A DNA stretch of 64,000 nt from Desulfurococcaceae archaeon (GTDB taxonomy: Archaea > Thermoproteota > Thermoprotei_A > Sulfolobales > Desulfurococcaceae). Shown here in pieces: positions 1 through 9,178 of this stretch. Below the pieces are notes generated by a model, which did no database searches, was not told the DNA's origin, and saw only the letters and a list, made by a program, of their open reading frames with translations. The stretch spans positions 1 through 64,000 of the forward strand of contig JAWAJB010000001.1 in assembly GCA_038888155.1 (NCBI GenBank). Direction: 5' to 3'. The position numbers were made by a program, and so were the translations under genes. Within the stretch, counting starts at the first letter, position 1. Every line of letters begins with the position of its first letter.

Positions 1-740
1 GTTATTACCACTGGTTTTAGCCCCTCGCTGTCTATTCCGTATAGAATCCAGCCCTGTCTACCTTGCGATCCTTTGATTTTTCTAACTGATATCTGCCTTA
101 TGAAAATTGGAACCTGTTGAGCTATCTCGCCAGGTAAGCTTGCTGTCTCCAGTATGCCGTCAACGAGGTGCTCTATTGTCAACAAGTACTCCTTAAAGCC
201 CTCGGTAGAGGTATGAAGTGTAGCTATGGTTAAAATGCTGCGCGCTTTAGCAAAATTCGCCCTGAGGGACTTAATGAACAGCACAAACCTGGTGGGATCT
301 AAGAGTATCATCACCTCGTTTAAAGAGTCAAGCGCTATTAAGCCTGATTCGTTGATTTTGTACTTTTCGACTACTTTATTCAGCGAAGTTATAATTCCAT
401 CTGGGTTATCGGGGGATATTTCCTCTTCAACGCATTGGTGAGGCCTCTTTGTTCTCGAGAGGTAGCTGTAGCTATCTAAGATGATAAGCTGTTTTTTACT
501 GCAGAGTTCAACTGCATTTAAGCCAAAAGAGGACAGCTGGTTTACTACTGTCTGGGGATCGTCGTCGAGTGCAACGTACACTACAGTTTCATTATTTAGG
601 ATAGCATCCTTTACTATGTGGGCTAATATTACGCTTTTGCCCGATCCGCCCTCGCCTGTAAGCACTACGAGCGAGTTCCTCGGAATTCCGCTGGGTAGTA
701 TGTACTTAAATAAATCCTGATTAAAGGTAAAGTGTGTCAA
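1..740 (-). CDS. KaiC/RAD55-family (RecA-superfamily) ATPase, 3' end runs off the window
   Basis: Not in the ORF track; translated by hand. TTG at 740 follows an AGGTG SD: MTHFTFNQDLFKYILPSGIPRNSLVVLTGEGGSGKS (Walker A) ... VVYVALDD. The same frame near the window edge reads SVRKIKGSQGRQGW, typical of a KaiC domain. Confidence 0.85.
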   Translation of the reverse strand, partial: MTHFTFNQDLFKYILPSGIPRNSLVVLTGEGGSGKSVILAHIVKDAILNNETVVYVALDDDPQTVVNQLSSFGLNAVELCSKKQLIILDSYSYLSRTKRPHQCVEEEISPDNPDGIITSLNKVVEKYKINESGLIALDSLNEVMILLDPTRFVLFIKSLRANFAKARSILTIATLHTSTEGFKEYLLTIEHLVDGILETASLPGEIAQQVPIFIRQISVRKIKGSQGRQGWILYGIDSEGLKPVVI

Positions 741-794
741 GGGCGTGCACCTGTGTCAAATACATTAATTGTCGTTATAGTTTTTATAAACTGC

Positions 795-1244
795 TCAAAT
801 GTATGCTTCATCCTTAATTACCTCAGTAATTATCATTGGGTACACGGAAACGACTCCCTCGAGCTTTCTTATCTCGTCGTGAATTACCTCAAGTTCATTG
901 GCAGATCTAGACCATATGACAACAAGTATGTCATGATCACCAGAAGTTAGTGCTAGGTACTTTACGTATTCTTTATCCTTGAGAACTTTAACGGTGTCAA
1001 AAAGCCTTTCTGGTTTAACGTTTATTCCCGTGAAACTGACCTTTGAGTAGCCAAGTGCTTGTGGGCTCACTATTGCTGTATATCTCCTAATAGCTCCACT
1101 TTTCTCCAATCTCTTAATTCTCTTAATTACAGCTACATCTGTGAGGTTAACTAGCTTAGCTAAATCTCTATAAGATATTCTAGAGTTCTTAACGAGTTCC
1201 CTAATAATTGTACCATCAATTTTGTCTATCAACGTAATCACCAT
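795..1244 (-). CDS. Lrp/AsnC family transcriptional regulator
   Basis: N-terminal HTH (IDGTIIRELVKNSRISYRDLAK...RIKRLEKSGAI) and AsnC effector domain (TSGDHDI). True start may be TTG at 1232. Confidence 0.93.
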   Translation of the reverse strand: MVITLIDKIDGTIIRELVKNSRISYRDLAKLVNLTDVAVIKRIKRLEKSGAIRRYTAIVSPQALGYSKVSFTGINVKPERLFDTVKVLKDKEYVKYLALTSGDHDILVVIWSRSANELEVIHDEIRKLEGVVSVYPMIITEVIKDEAYI

Positions 1245-1500
1245 TATAATTACAACTAACAGAGTGTGGCTTAAATAATTAAAGCAAACTCAGTGCTAAC
1301 CGCTCGATAGGGTCAACATGCAAATGTGCTTTAAGACTTTAAACCACACCTAATTTTATACTTATTTAATAAATAGTATTTTAAACTTTTTGGTCTAGGA
1401 TATTATCTACCTGCAATTAAAGAAATAACTGATAAGAACAAAGCATTTATATTAAAGCCTCTTAAAAACCAGTGGATTGTAAGTAGAGCGGGGGTCTCGC

Positions 1501-2019
1501 ATGGAAAAGGACATAGTTGAATTGCTTAAAAAAATGCTGTTAACAGATATAGAGAAAAAAAGAGGAAAGGAGGGCCTTGAGCTCGAAAAGATAGAACCAG
1601 ACTCTCCCCACGGAATCTATGTTTACGACTACGGCAAAGAAAGGTGGATCTTAAGGCAAGTTGCAGGCGGCTCCCAGCTCCCATGGGGAGATGGCTACTA
1701 CCTAGTTTACTTCGATAACTCGAGATGTCCTGCGTGCAGATCGTACGATAGCCAGTGGTTTCCATTTGTGAGGATATTTGGAAAGCTGTTTAAAGAGTTT
1801 AATTTTGTTGTAGTTTTATGTGACTGGTTTGCACGTGAGTGCGTCTCTGAGGCCGCAAGTAGCACTTTTAAGAAGTTCGACGTTCACGCCTCACCCTCAA
1901 CGCTAATAATGCACGTAAAAGGGGGCGAAATCGTCGAGAAACAGGAATTAAGCGGCGTCAAAAAAATTAGTGAGTTGCTTGAAATAGTAACGGCATTCAC
2001 GGGGAGAGACATCAAATGA
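1501..2019 (+). CDS. Thioredoxin-fold protein (CPAC motif)
   Basis: YFDNSRCPAC active-site-like motif, ASPS cis-Pro region and a second Cys pair (CDWFAREC). Stop overlaps the next start (ATGA). Confidence 0.75.
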   Translation: MEKDIVELLKKMLLTDIEKKRGKEGLELEKIEPDSPHGIYVYDYGKERWILRQVAGGSQLPWGDGYYLVYFDNSRCPACRSYDSQWFPFVRIFGKLFKEFNFVVVLCDWFARECVSEAASSTFKKFDVHASPSTLIMHVKGGEIVEKQELSGVKKISELLEIVTAFTGRDIK

Positions 2020-2849
2020 TTGAGATACCGGATGTACACAACAGCAAACCCTTGTACCCGCTTAAAATAAGAAGGGCAGGTATTTCTAACGTACCTGTGC
2101 CCCCATTTGAAGATCAGGGTTGTTGGATTATACCTAGACTCAGCGTGTTTGTTGACCTCCCGCAGACAGCAAGAGGAGTTCACATGTCAAGAATTTATAA
2201 GGCATTATACAATGAGCTGAAGAAGGCAACTGCACTAGACTTCAACTTACTAGAAAAAATTGGGAAAACTGTACTGATGATCAACGAGTATGCCAACCTA
2301 GTGGACCTCATCCTAAAAGCAGGCGTTGTAATTGAAGAGCAAGACCGTGAGTACACTGGATTGGACTGGATATCTGCTCGATTGGCAATGTCAAGAGAAG
2401 GCGTGATGCTGAGAGAGTCGACTGCATCTTTACTAACAGTAGTAGCTTGCCCATGTGCCCTTGAAGTATCTAGGGCAGTCTACAGTGAGCCGTACACGCA
2501 TAACTCAAAAATACGAGTTACAACTACAATTAAATCCTCGAGGGGTAGCGTTCCTGCCTTAGCGATGATTCGTGAATTATCTAGTGTTCTCAACAAGCCG
2601 AGAAATTACATGAGTAGACTCGACGAAGCGCGTTTCATTAAGGGAATGGTTGAAAGTCCGCTTTTCGCAGAGGATGTCGCTAGACTGGTAGCTCAAGCTA
2701 TTGTCAATAAGTACTCAAACCAGCTTGAAGCCGAGGATGAAGTAGCCGTTAGGATCAACAGCGTTGAGCCCCTTCACGAGTACAACATCTATGTACTTTT
2801 AAAGCTTAAAGTTAAAGAGGTTCTCAACGCCCTTAGCCGAGGCTCATAA
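2016..2849 (+). CDS. mptA: GTP cyclohydrolase, FolE2/MptA family
   Basis: IPDVH, RGVHMSR, ACPCA, THN, FAEDVAR and EPLH match GCYH-IB/MptA family motifs. Confidence 0.85.
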   Translation: MIEIPDVHNSKPLYPLKIRRAGISNVPVPPFEDQGCWIIPRLSVFVDLPQTARGVHMSRIYKALYNELKKATALDFNLLEKIGKTVLMINEYANLVDLILKAGVVIEEQDREYTGLDWISARLAMSREGVMLRESTASLLTVVACPCALEVSRAVYSEPYTHNSKIRVTTTIKSSRGSVPALAMIRELSSVLNKPRNYMSRLDEARFIKGMVESPLFAEDVARLVAQAIVNKYSNQLEAEDEVAVRINSVEPLHEYNIYVLLKLKVKEVLNALSRGS

Positions 2850-2978
2850 TTACCTAGTTCCTTAATGGAGGATACAAATTTTTCTAGAATGGGAGTGCGT
2901 TAATGTTAAATAAAAATATCTACTTAAATTTCTGTGCCTTTAGGGCAAATGGTAATGACCTCAAGATTTATTTAAGAC

Positions 2979-3536
2979 CTAGAAGCTGGCAAACCTTTCC
3001 TTGGTTGCACCGCAAATTGGGCATTTCGTAGGGGGCTCCGCAGCGATGAGCGTATATCCGCAAATTTTACATACCCATGCATTTCCCAGCATAGGTAAGT
3101 CTGAGCTCTTTTCAACGTAATTCTTAGCCTCTCTGTATAATCTGGCGTGAACTTGCTCGGATTCGTAGGCGTGTTTAAAGCTCAGCTCTGCCTCTCTCTC
3201 CCCTTGCAATCTAGCTACTTCTAAATAAGCTGGGTACATTTCGCTTACCTCGTACTCCTCTCCCCGAATTGCTAGCTCAAGGTTCTTTAAGGTCATACCA
3301 GGCCCCACAGGGGTTCCTGCGACCATTTTAGCTTCCTCGTTTAGTCCCCTTAGAACATTGTAGTGGTTTCTCGCATGAACCTGCTCTGAGTAGGATATCG
3401 CTTTGAACAACCTTGCAACATTGAGAAAGCCCTCCTTCTCAGCTACCTCTGCATATATTTGATATCTAATGCTTGCCATTGATTCCCCGGCGAAGGCGCT
3501 TAGGAGCAAATCTTTGGTCATAGGTCTGGGCATCAT
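2979..3536 (-). CDS. rbr: Rubrerythrin
   Basis: AFAGES, EQVHA twice (ExxH), GEEYE-MYP and C-terminal rubredoxin site (CKICG...CPICG). Start trimmed to the ATG after a GGTGG SD. Confidence 0.95.
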   Translation of the reverse strand: MMPRPMTKDLLLSAFAGESMASIRYQIYAEVAEKEGFLNVARLFKAISYSEQVHARNHYNVLRGLNEEAKMVAGTPVGPGMTLKNLELAIRGEEYEVSEMYPAYLEVARLQGEREAELSFKHAYESEQVHARLYREAKNYVEKSSDLPMLGNAWVCKICGYTLIAAEPPTKCPICGATKERFASF

Positions 3537-3744
3537 TCCACCAATTAACAAACATATTAAATACATATTTAACCTTGCGTCAAAACAATGAAGTTGACTA
3601 TTGTAGTGAAAGTTTATAGATCGGGAGAGTTAAAAATGTTTTATCCTTCTTTGAAATTTCCATATTTGGTTCATGAAAACTAAGTGCTTGATGTTCTCGA
3701 CTTAAGGATACGGTTACAAAAATAGATCTAGCGACTGATAGATC

Positions 3745-4932
3745 TCACTTCTCTGATTTCACCTTATCTGCGAGTTGCGAGAGATGTTTCCTTAAGTTTT
3801 CTATATCTCCATCTGTTAATGTCACGTTGACTTTTACTATGCCTGTCAACTCAAGGCCTGTGTCCTTTAGCATTTCAACTAGTTGCTTGTCAGCTCCCGT
3901 TCCCCACGCATATACATTTACTATAAACGCGTATTTGGTTGGGGACCTAAGTAGCTTAGCTAAATAAGTCCCGTAAACTATCAGCGGATGTGCCCCTCCT
4001 ATAACTGTTGGCGTTGCTAGTACAATACCGCGAGAATCCACGAGGTCTTTAGCGACTTCTCCCAAGTCGGCAACCTCTAAATTGTGAACCACTACTTGAA
4101 TTCCGCTGGAGAGCAACTCATCGGCTATTAGCTTTACAGCTTTTTCTGTGTAATGCCACATAGATGTGTACAATATTAAGACCTTTCTCTCTGTCTTGCC
4201 GCTAGACCATTTCCAATACATATCAATTATCTTGCTTGGATTTCTGTAGATAGGCCCGTGTGATGGAGCAATTACTTCTATATTCAGGCTTGATAATTTT
4301 CTTAGCGCGCTAAGAGCGCTGCTCCTAAACGGCATCATTATTTCTCCAAAGTACCTTTTCGCGTGTTCTAAAAGATCATCTACGTCACTATCCCAAAATC
4401 CTTGGGCAAGGTGTGCACCGAAGAAATCGCAGGGAAAGAGTACTCTGTCTTCTATTAAATATGTAAACATCGTCTCGGGCCAGTGCAACATTGGCGCCTC
4501 TATGAACTGAAGCGTCTTATTTCCCAAGCTAATAGTGTCGTTGTTTCTCACAACTTGAATCCTAGACTCGCTCACATTATAAAACAGCTTAGCTAACTTC
4601 GCACCTGTCTGAGTTGTTACGAGTTTGGCGTTAGGTGCTTTCTCGAGGATTATGGGAATAGATCCAGCGTGATCCGGCTCTGCATGATTCATTACAACGT
4701 AATCTAGCTTGGAAAGATCTGTAGCCGAGCTTGCTCTCTCGATTAAGTCTGCCTCAAAACCAGGATTAACGGTATCAATCAACGCTGTTTTATTGCTACC
4801 CACAACTATGTAGGCATTGTAGGATGTACCGCGTGGAAGCGGAATAAGCGCGTCAAACATTCTCCTGCTGATATCTCTAGCGCCAACCCAGTATGCGCTC
4901 TCGCTTATTCTAAGTGCCCTTAACTTAGACAT
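3745..4932 (-). CDS. fprA: Flavodiiron protein (FprA / A-type flavoprotein)
   Basis: GTSYNAY, NHAEPDH, LHWPET, DFFGAH, PSHGP, then a flavodoxin domain (YTSMWHYT). Confidence 0.95.
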   Translation of the reverse strand: MSKLRALRISESAYWVGARDISRRMFDALIPLPRGTSYNAYIVVGSNKTALIDTVNPGFEADLIERASSATDLSKLDYVVMNHAEPDHAGSIPIILEKAPNAKLVTTQTGAKLAKLFYNVSESRIQVVRNNDTISLGNKTLQFIEAPMLHWPETMFTYLIEDRVLFPCDFFGAHLAQGFWDSDVDDLLEHAKRYFGEIMMPFRSSALSALRKLSSLNIEVIAPSHGPIYRNPSKIIDMYWKWSSGKTERKVLILYTSMWHYTEKAVKLIADELLSSGIQVVVHNLEVADLGEVAKDLVDSRGIVLATPTVIGGAHPLIVYGTYLAKLLRSPTKYAFIVNVYAWGTGADKQLVEMLKDTGLELTGIVKVNVTLTDGDIENLRKHLSQLADKVKSEK

Positions 4933-5055
4933 GCTCTCCCCTGGTAAATAAGAAACAAGAGCGTATTAAAGTTGTCCGTAGAATAGAAACTATTGGACTT
5001 AGGTTTACGTGAATATGCCATTTGCCTTACCGAGATAAGCTAATTATACCGCTTA

Positions 5056-5081
5056 TGATAACTAAGTTATCAATATATAAA
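5056..5081 (+). promoter_or_regulatory. Perfect 17-bp palindrome TGATAACT-A-AGTTATCA next to the thiM-thiE TATA box; candidate thiamine-regulon (ThiR-type) operator
   Basis: 8-1-8 inverted repeat at 5056-5072, directly upstream of TATATAAA (5074-5081). Confidence 0.65.
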
Positions 5082-5115
5082 AGTTGACGTTTTATCTAAC
5101 AAGGTGGTGATAAGA

Positions 5116-5937
5116 ATGGATACATCTTGGATAGCTAGTGCTCTAAACAGTGTGCGTGATAAGAGGCCTCTCGTACATAATATCACTAATTACGTAGTTA
5201 TGAACACTACTGCAAACGCGCTACTAGCGCTTGGCGCCTCACCAATAATGGCTCACTCACCCGAAGAGCTGGAAGACCTCGTTAAGATCGCCGATGCGAT
5301 CGTAATTAACATAGGGACACTAGACGAGAAGTGGATATATTCAATGCTAGCGGCAGCGAGGCTCGCAAAGGACCTCAACAAGCCAGTAATCCTCGACCCT
5401 GTGGGAGCAGGGGCTACTAAGCTCAGGACAAGAACCTCCCTGTTGTTACTCGATAGTGGCAAGATCAGCGCAGTGAGAGGGAATTATGGTGAGATCTCCG
5501 CTCTGTTGGGAGAAGTTGGTAAAACTAAGGGAGTAGATACAGCAATGTACGACAAGCACCGCGCAGGAACCATAGCTTATGAAGTGGCGCGAAAGTACAA
5601 CACAGTTGTTTCAGTTACAGGACCCGTTGACTACGTTAGTGATGGTAAGTACATATATGAGGTCTTTTCTGGCTCTTCGGCGTTGGACAGCGTTATTCAC
5701 CACGTAACGGGCTTAGGGTGCATCGTTACTTCACTTATTGGCGCATATCTCGCTGTACAAGACCCCCTACGAGCTACTATAAGCGGCTTGGCAACTTTCC
5801 GCGTCGCTGCAGCTAAAGCAGCTGAGGAATCCCCGTATCCAGGCACCTTTCATACTAAGATCTACGACTGGCTTTACAGAGTGACTGGTGAAGATATAAT
5901 TAAAAGTACAAAGGTGAGCTTATTTGAGCCTAGCTGA
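5116..5937 (+). CDS. thiM: Hydroxyethylthiazole kinase
   Basis: PLVHNITNYV, LGASPIMA, INIGTL, LDPVGAGAT, RGNYGEI, VTGLGC. ATG at 5116 follows a GGTGA SD. Confidence 0.96.
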   Translation: MDTSWIASALNSVRDKRPLVHNITNYVVMNTTANALLALGASPIMAHSPEELEDLVKIADAIVINIGTLDEKWIYSMLAAARLAKDLNKPVILDPVGAGATKLRTRTSLLLLDSGKISAVRGNYGEISALLGEVGKTKGVDTAMYDKHRAGTIAYEVARKYNTVVSVTGPVDYVSDGKYIYEVFSGSSALDSVIHHVTGLGCIVTSLIGAYLAVQDPLRATISGLATFRVAAAKAAEESPYPGTFHTKIYDWLYRVTGEDIIKSTKVSLFEPS

Positions 5938-6544
5938 AAAATTGAAGCTAATAGTTATAACAGATAAGAAACTTAGACCAAATGTCATAAAGTCCGTAGA
6001 GGACGCCCTCGAGGGAGGGGCCACCTCAATACAGCTACGACTTAAGGACTCTCCAACTCGTGAAATGCACGAGCTGGGCAGAGTTGTTAGGAGGTTGACA
6101 GCAGAGTACGGTGCTCTCTACTTCGTTGACGATAGACTTGATGTAGCTTTGTCAACCAATGCTGACGGCGTTCAACTAGGTCCAGAGGACATGCCTGTTG
6201 ACGTCGCGAGGGAAATAGCGCCTAACCTCTTAATTGGGGCATCTGTTTATAGCCTTGAAGAGGCCGTTGAAGCAGAGAGAAGGGGGGCAAACTTCCTCGG
6301 GGCAGGCTCGGTTTTCCCTACGTCATCTAAGGGCGGTGTTAAAGTCATAGGAATAGAGGGGCTTAAAAGAATAGTCCAATCGGTCTCAATACCTGTAGTT
6401 GCTATCGGGGGCATCTCCATAGAAAATGCCCACCAAGTGCTGGAAACAGGAGTTGCCGGTATAGCAGTCATATCAGCTGTCATGGGTGCTCCTGACGTCA
6501 AAGAGGCTACTCGAGCACTTATTTCGATAATCAACAGGAAATAG
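5924..6544 (+). CDS. thiE: Thiamine-phosphate synthase
   Basis: IQLRLK, DDRLDVA, GVQLGPED, VFPTSSK, VAIGGI. Overlaps the end of thiM. Confidence 0.96.
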   Translation: MSLAEKLKLIVITDKKLRPNVIKSVEDALEGGATSIQLRLKDSPTREMHELGRVVRRLTAEYGALYFVDDRLDVALSTNADGVQLGPEDMPVDVAREIAPNLLIGASVYSLEEAVEAERRGANFLGAGSVFPTSSKGGVKVIGIEGLKRIVQSVSIPVVAIGGISIENAHQVLETGVAGIAVISAVMGAPDVKEATRALISIINRK

Positions 6545-6561
6545 AGGGGAACGCGGTAAGG

Positions 6562-6594
6562 AAGCAAAACTAGGAAAGTCTATTTGCTTTTTTT
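6562..6594 (+). terminator. Hairpin plus T-tract after thiE
   Basis: AAGCAAA(AC)TAG...CTA-TTTGCTT followed by a T run, 18 nt after the stop. Confidence 0.45.
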
Positions 6595-6728
6595 GATGGC
6601 TAGCTCTTTGCGCGTACTCGACCTTCTATCATTAATCCTGGGAACATGTATCTGGCTTAATTTAAAGCTAAAACCACTTAACGACTAATTTAAATTCTTG
6701 AAATAAATTATTCACTGAGGTGTTATAA

Positions 6729-7118
6729 TTGAAAAAAATAATTCGCACGAGCGGTGCCCCTAAACCAATAGGTCCATACAGCCAAGGAGTGTGCGTTAAT
6801 GGCTGGCTATTTGTATCCGGCCAGGTACCCATAGACCCTGCCACTGGGAATTTCGTTGAGGGGGATTTCAAGGCCAAAGTCAAGAGAGTTCTTGAAAATG
6901 TTAAGTCGATTGTAGAGGCCTCCGGTGGAACACTACAAAACGTAGTTAAAGTAACCGTATTTTTAAAGGACATCTCTAAGTTCCAAGCATTTAACGAGGT
7001 CTACTCAGAGTACTTTGGAGAAAATCCACCCGCTAGAAGTGCTATTGGCGTTAGTGGATTGCCGAGAAATAGCGACCTTGAAGTCGAGGCTATAGCTTAC
7101 GTCGAAGAGTGTAAATAG
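6729..7118 (+). CDS. ridA: RidA family reactive imine deaminase
   Basis: APKPIGPYSQ, SGQVP, VVKVTVFL, PPARS, LEVEAIA. Confidence 0.95.
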   Translation: MKKIIRTSGAPKPIGPYSQGVCVNGWLFVSGQVPIDPATGNFVEGDFKAKVKRVLENVKSIVEASGGTLQNVVKVTVFLKDISKFQAFNEVYSEYFGENPPARSAIGVSGLPRNSDLEVEAIAYVEECK

Positions 7119-7226
7119 GCTTGCCATTAAAACAATTTCCACGCCCTGCATAATTTTATTTTTTTAGAGGCTAGCTAGAAGAGAAATCAACGGAGTAGTT
7201 AAGGATAATAGGTTTTTATCCCAAAC

Positions 7227-7823
7227 ATGAGTAATGAGTGTGGGGGGGGATCTGCTATTGCTTTTGTTAGGAGGACTCTGAGATTTCTGGAGCAGTACTC
7301 AAACAGCATTAATTTACCTGAGCAGTCCAAGAGTGAAGCTAAATCTATTGCGGAAAAGTCGATAATGTTGGGCGTTGCAACAGGCTACAAGCCAGAGGAA
7401 GTTGCCGCTGCTTCAATTTACACTGTTTGCCGTAAAAATAAAACGCCGCTACCAATAAAAGAAGTTGCAAAGTTAGCTAATGTTGATAGCACAAAGGTCG
7501 TTCGCCTCTACAGGAAGATACTTACATCTCTTGGCATTAAGGTTCCAGTGTCTGACCCCGAGACATATTTAGTGAGGAGAATAGCCCCTATTCTTGGGGT
7601 TGGAAGCGAGATCTTAACTCGTGCTTTAGAGATAATTAGACGAGTGAAGAGTAAAGGTCTCATAGGAGGGAAGAACCCCGGCGCCTTAGCCGCTGCAGCG
7701 CTATACGTTGCAGCTCTTCACCAGAGGCAACCAGTAAAGATCAGCAAGTTGGCTCGGGTATCAGGCGTGACTTCTGTAACTATAAGAAACTGCGTTAGAC
7801 GATTAACTCAGTTAATGTACTAA
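7227..7823 (+). CDS. TFIIB/TFB-related protein, cyclin repeats only (no Zn-ribbon)
   Basis: Repeat 1 GYKPEEVAAASIYTVCR, repeat 2 GKNPGALAAAALYVAA, terminal HTH GVTSVTIRN. 198 aa with no CxxC ribbon. Confidence 0.85.
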   Translation: MSNECGGGSAIAFVRRTLRFLEQYSNSINLPEQSKSEAKSIAEKSIMLGVATGYKPEEVAAASIYTVCRKNKTPLPIKEVAKLANVDSTKVVRLYRKILTSLGIKVPVSDPETYLVRRIAPILGVGSEILTRALEIIRRVKSKGLIGGKNPGALAAAALYVAALHQRQPVKISKLARVSGVTSVTIRNCVRRLTQLMY

Positions 7824-8119
7824 AACCAAAGCCAATCAAACATTCCGCGTACCCATAACCGCTTATAAAGAGCTGAGACTTATCCTGCCTTTTTGTTAGG
7901 GGATAAGAAGTTCATTTGGGCAATTTCCCTACAAATAGTTGAAAGATGCCCACTACAAATTTGAAGCCAAAGGAGTTTTAAAAGGTCTGGTCTTATTTGA
8001 GCAACCCGGATATGCATAAGTATTATAAATATAGCAGAGAGCTTTAGTTAAGCAGTTACCGATAAAAACTTAGAGTTAATAATCCTGGATGCTGTTTATT
8101 ATATAGGGACTTATACCTG

Positions 8120-9067
8120 GTGTCGTATTTGATGTTCAGACCTAAATCCCGTCCTCTCAGGCAAGAACACTACAGGTGGATGAGGGACGGCATGCCTAAC
8201 TTCAACGACAGGGTGTTTGAACACATTAGAGAGCTAGAGGTGATTGCAAAAAAAGATATTAACTGGATTTCGCCTACTTCGCCTGTTATTAGAGCAATAG
8301 AGATAATGTCCTCACATCACAGAAGTCTTATAGTGCTTTCCTCAGGTTTGTTCAGAGGTCTATTGACTGCAATGAGTGTAGTGAATTACCTTGGAGGCGG
8401 GGAGCTGTTTAGAATTGTTGTAGATAGGTACAACTATGATATCTATAATGCCCTAACAAAGGAGCCCGTAGAAAACATCATGGAGAGGAGCCCTGTAGTA
8501 ATTTATATAGATGAAGGAATACGCGAAGCGCTCACGAGAATGGTTGTTTACGGGGCTGGAATATTACCAATATTACAACGAGATGGCAAGGTTTACGGCA
8601 TACTCACAGAACATGACTTGGTAAAGTACCTCTCTGGAGTTGCATCCTTAGGACTAAAGGTAGTGGATGTAATGTCGAGCCCTGTTGTAACTGTAGACGA
8701 TAAATCTACGCTCAAAAAGGCCATGGAGACCATGATAAAGTTTGGTTTTAGGAGATTGCCTGTAATTGACAATGAGCGCGTAGTTACAGGGTTGATTACA
8801 GCGCTAGACATAGTAAGAGCTTTTGGAACCCAGTCAATCATAGAAAAGACGCGGAGCAGGGATGTACGTGAAATAGTTCAAACGCCAGTTTCAGAGTTAA
8901 TGGTAAGAGATCTAGCCGTTGTTCATCCCGAGGATGACCTAGCTGAAGCTGTGAATGCTATGTTGTCTAGGAATATAAGCTCTGTTCTAGTGGTTGACGA
9001 AGACGGCATACTGAATGGTATCATAACGGAGAGGGATATTCTCTACGCTATTTTAGCTCCAAAGTAA
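8120..9067 (+). CDS. Tandem CBS-domain protein (four CBS motifs)
   Basis: Repeated GILTEHD, GLITALD, GIITERD and RRLPV motifs. Confidence 0.92.
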   Translation: MSYLMFRPKSRPLRQEHYRWMRDGMPNFNDRVFEHIRELEVIAKKDINWISPTSPVIRAIEIMSSHHRSLIVLSSGLFRGLLTAMSVVNYLGGGELFRIVVDRYNYDIYNALTKEPVENIMERSPVVIYIDEGIREALTRMVVYGAGILPILQRDGKVYGILTEHDLVKYLSGVASLGLKVVDVMSSPVVTVDDKSTLKKAMETMIKFGFRRLPVIDNERVVTGLITALDIVRAFGTQSIIEKTRSRDVREIVQTPVSELMVRDLAVVHPEDDLAEAVNAMLSRNISSVLVVDEDGILNGIITERDILYAILAPK

Positions 9068-9178
9068 ATTTCGCGCTGGGCTCTACTTGTAGCTACCCTT
9101 AAGCCTTGCACTTTATGTTTTTCTCTTCTCTTAGCAAATGAGTGCTCTATTTAGTAGGATATTTACATAGTAGATACT

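Noticed and set aside
226-950. Three short plus-strand ORFs (226-441, 481-720, 732-950)
   Set aside because: Antisense shadows of the KaiC-like ATPase and Lrp genes.
7242-7249. G8 run at the 5' end of the TFB-like gene as a phase-variation switch
   Set aside because: It encodes Gly-Gly-Gly in frame, and C7 runs occur in housekeeping genes here (about 44450, 56700, 63496), so it is not exceptional. Read-level length variation would be needed.
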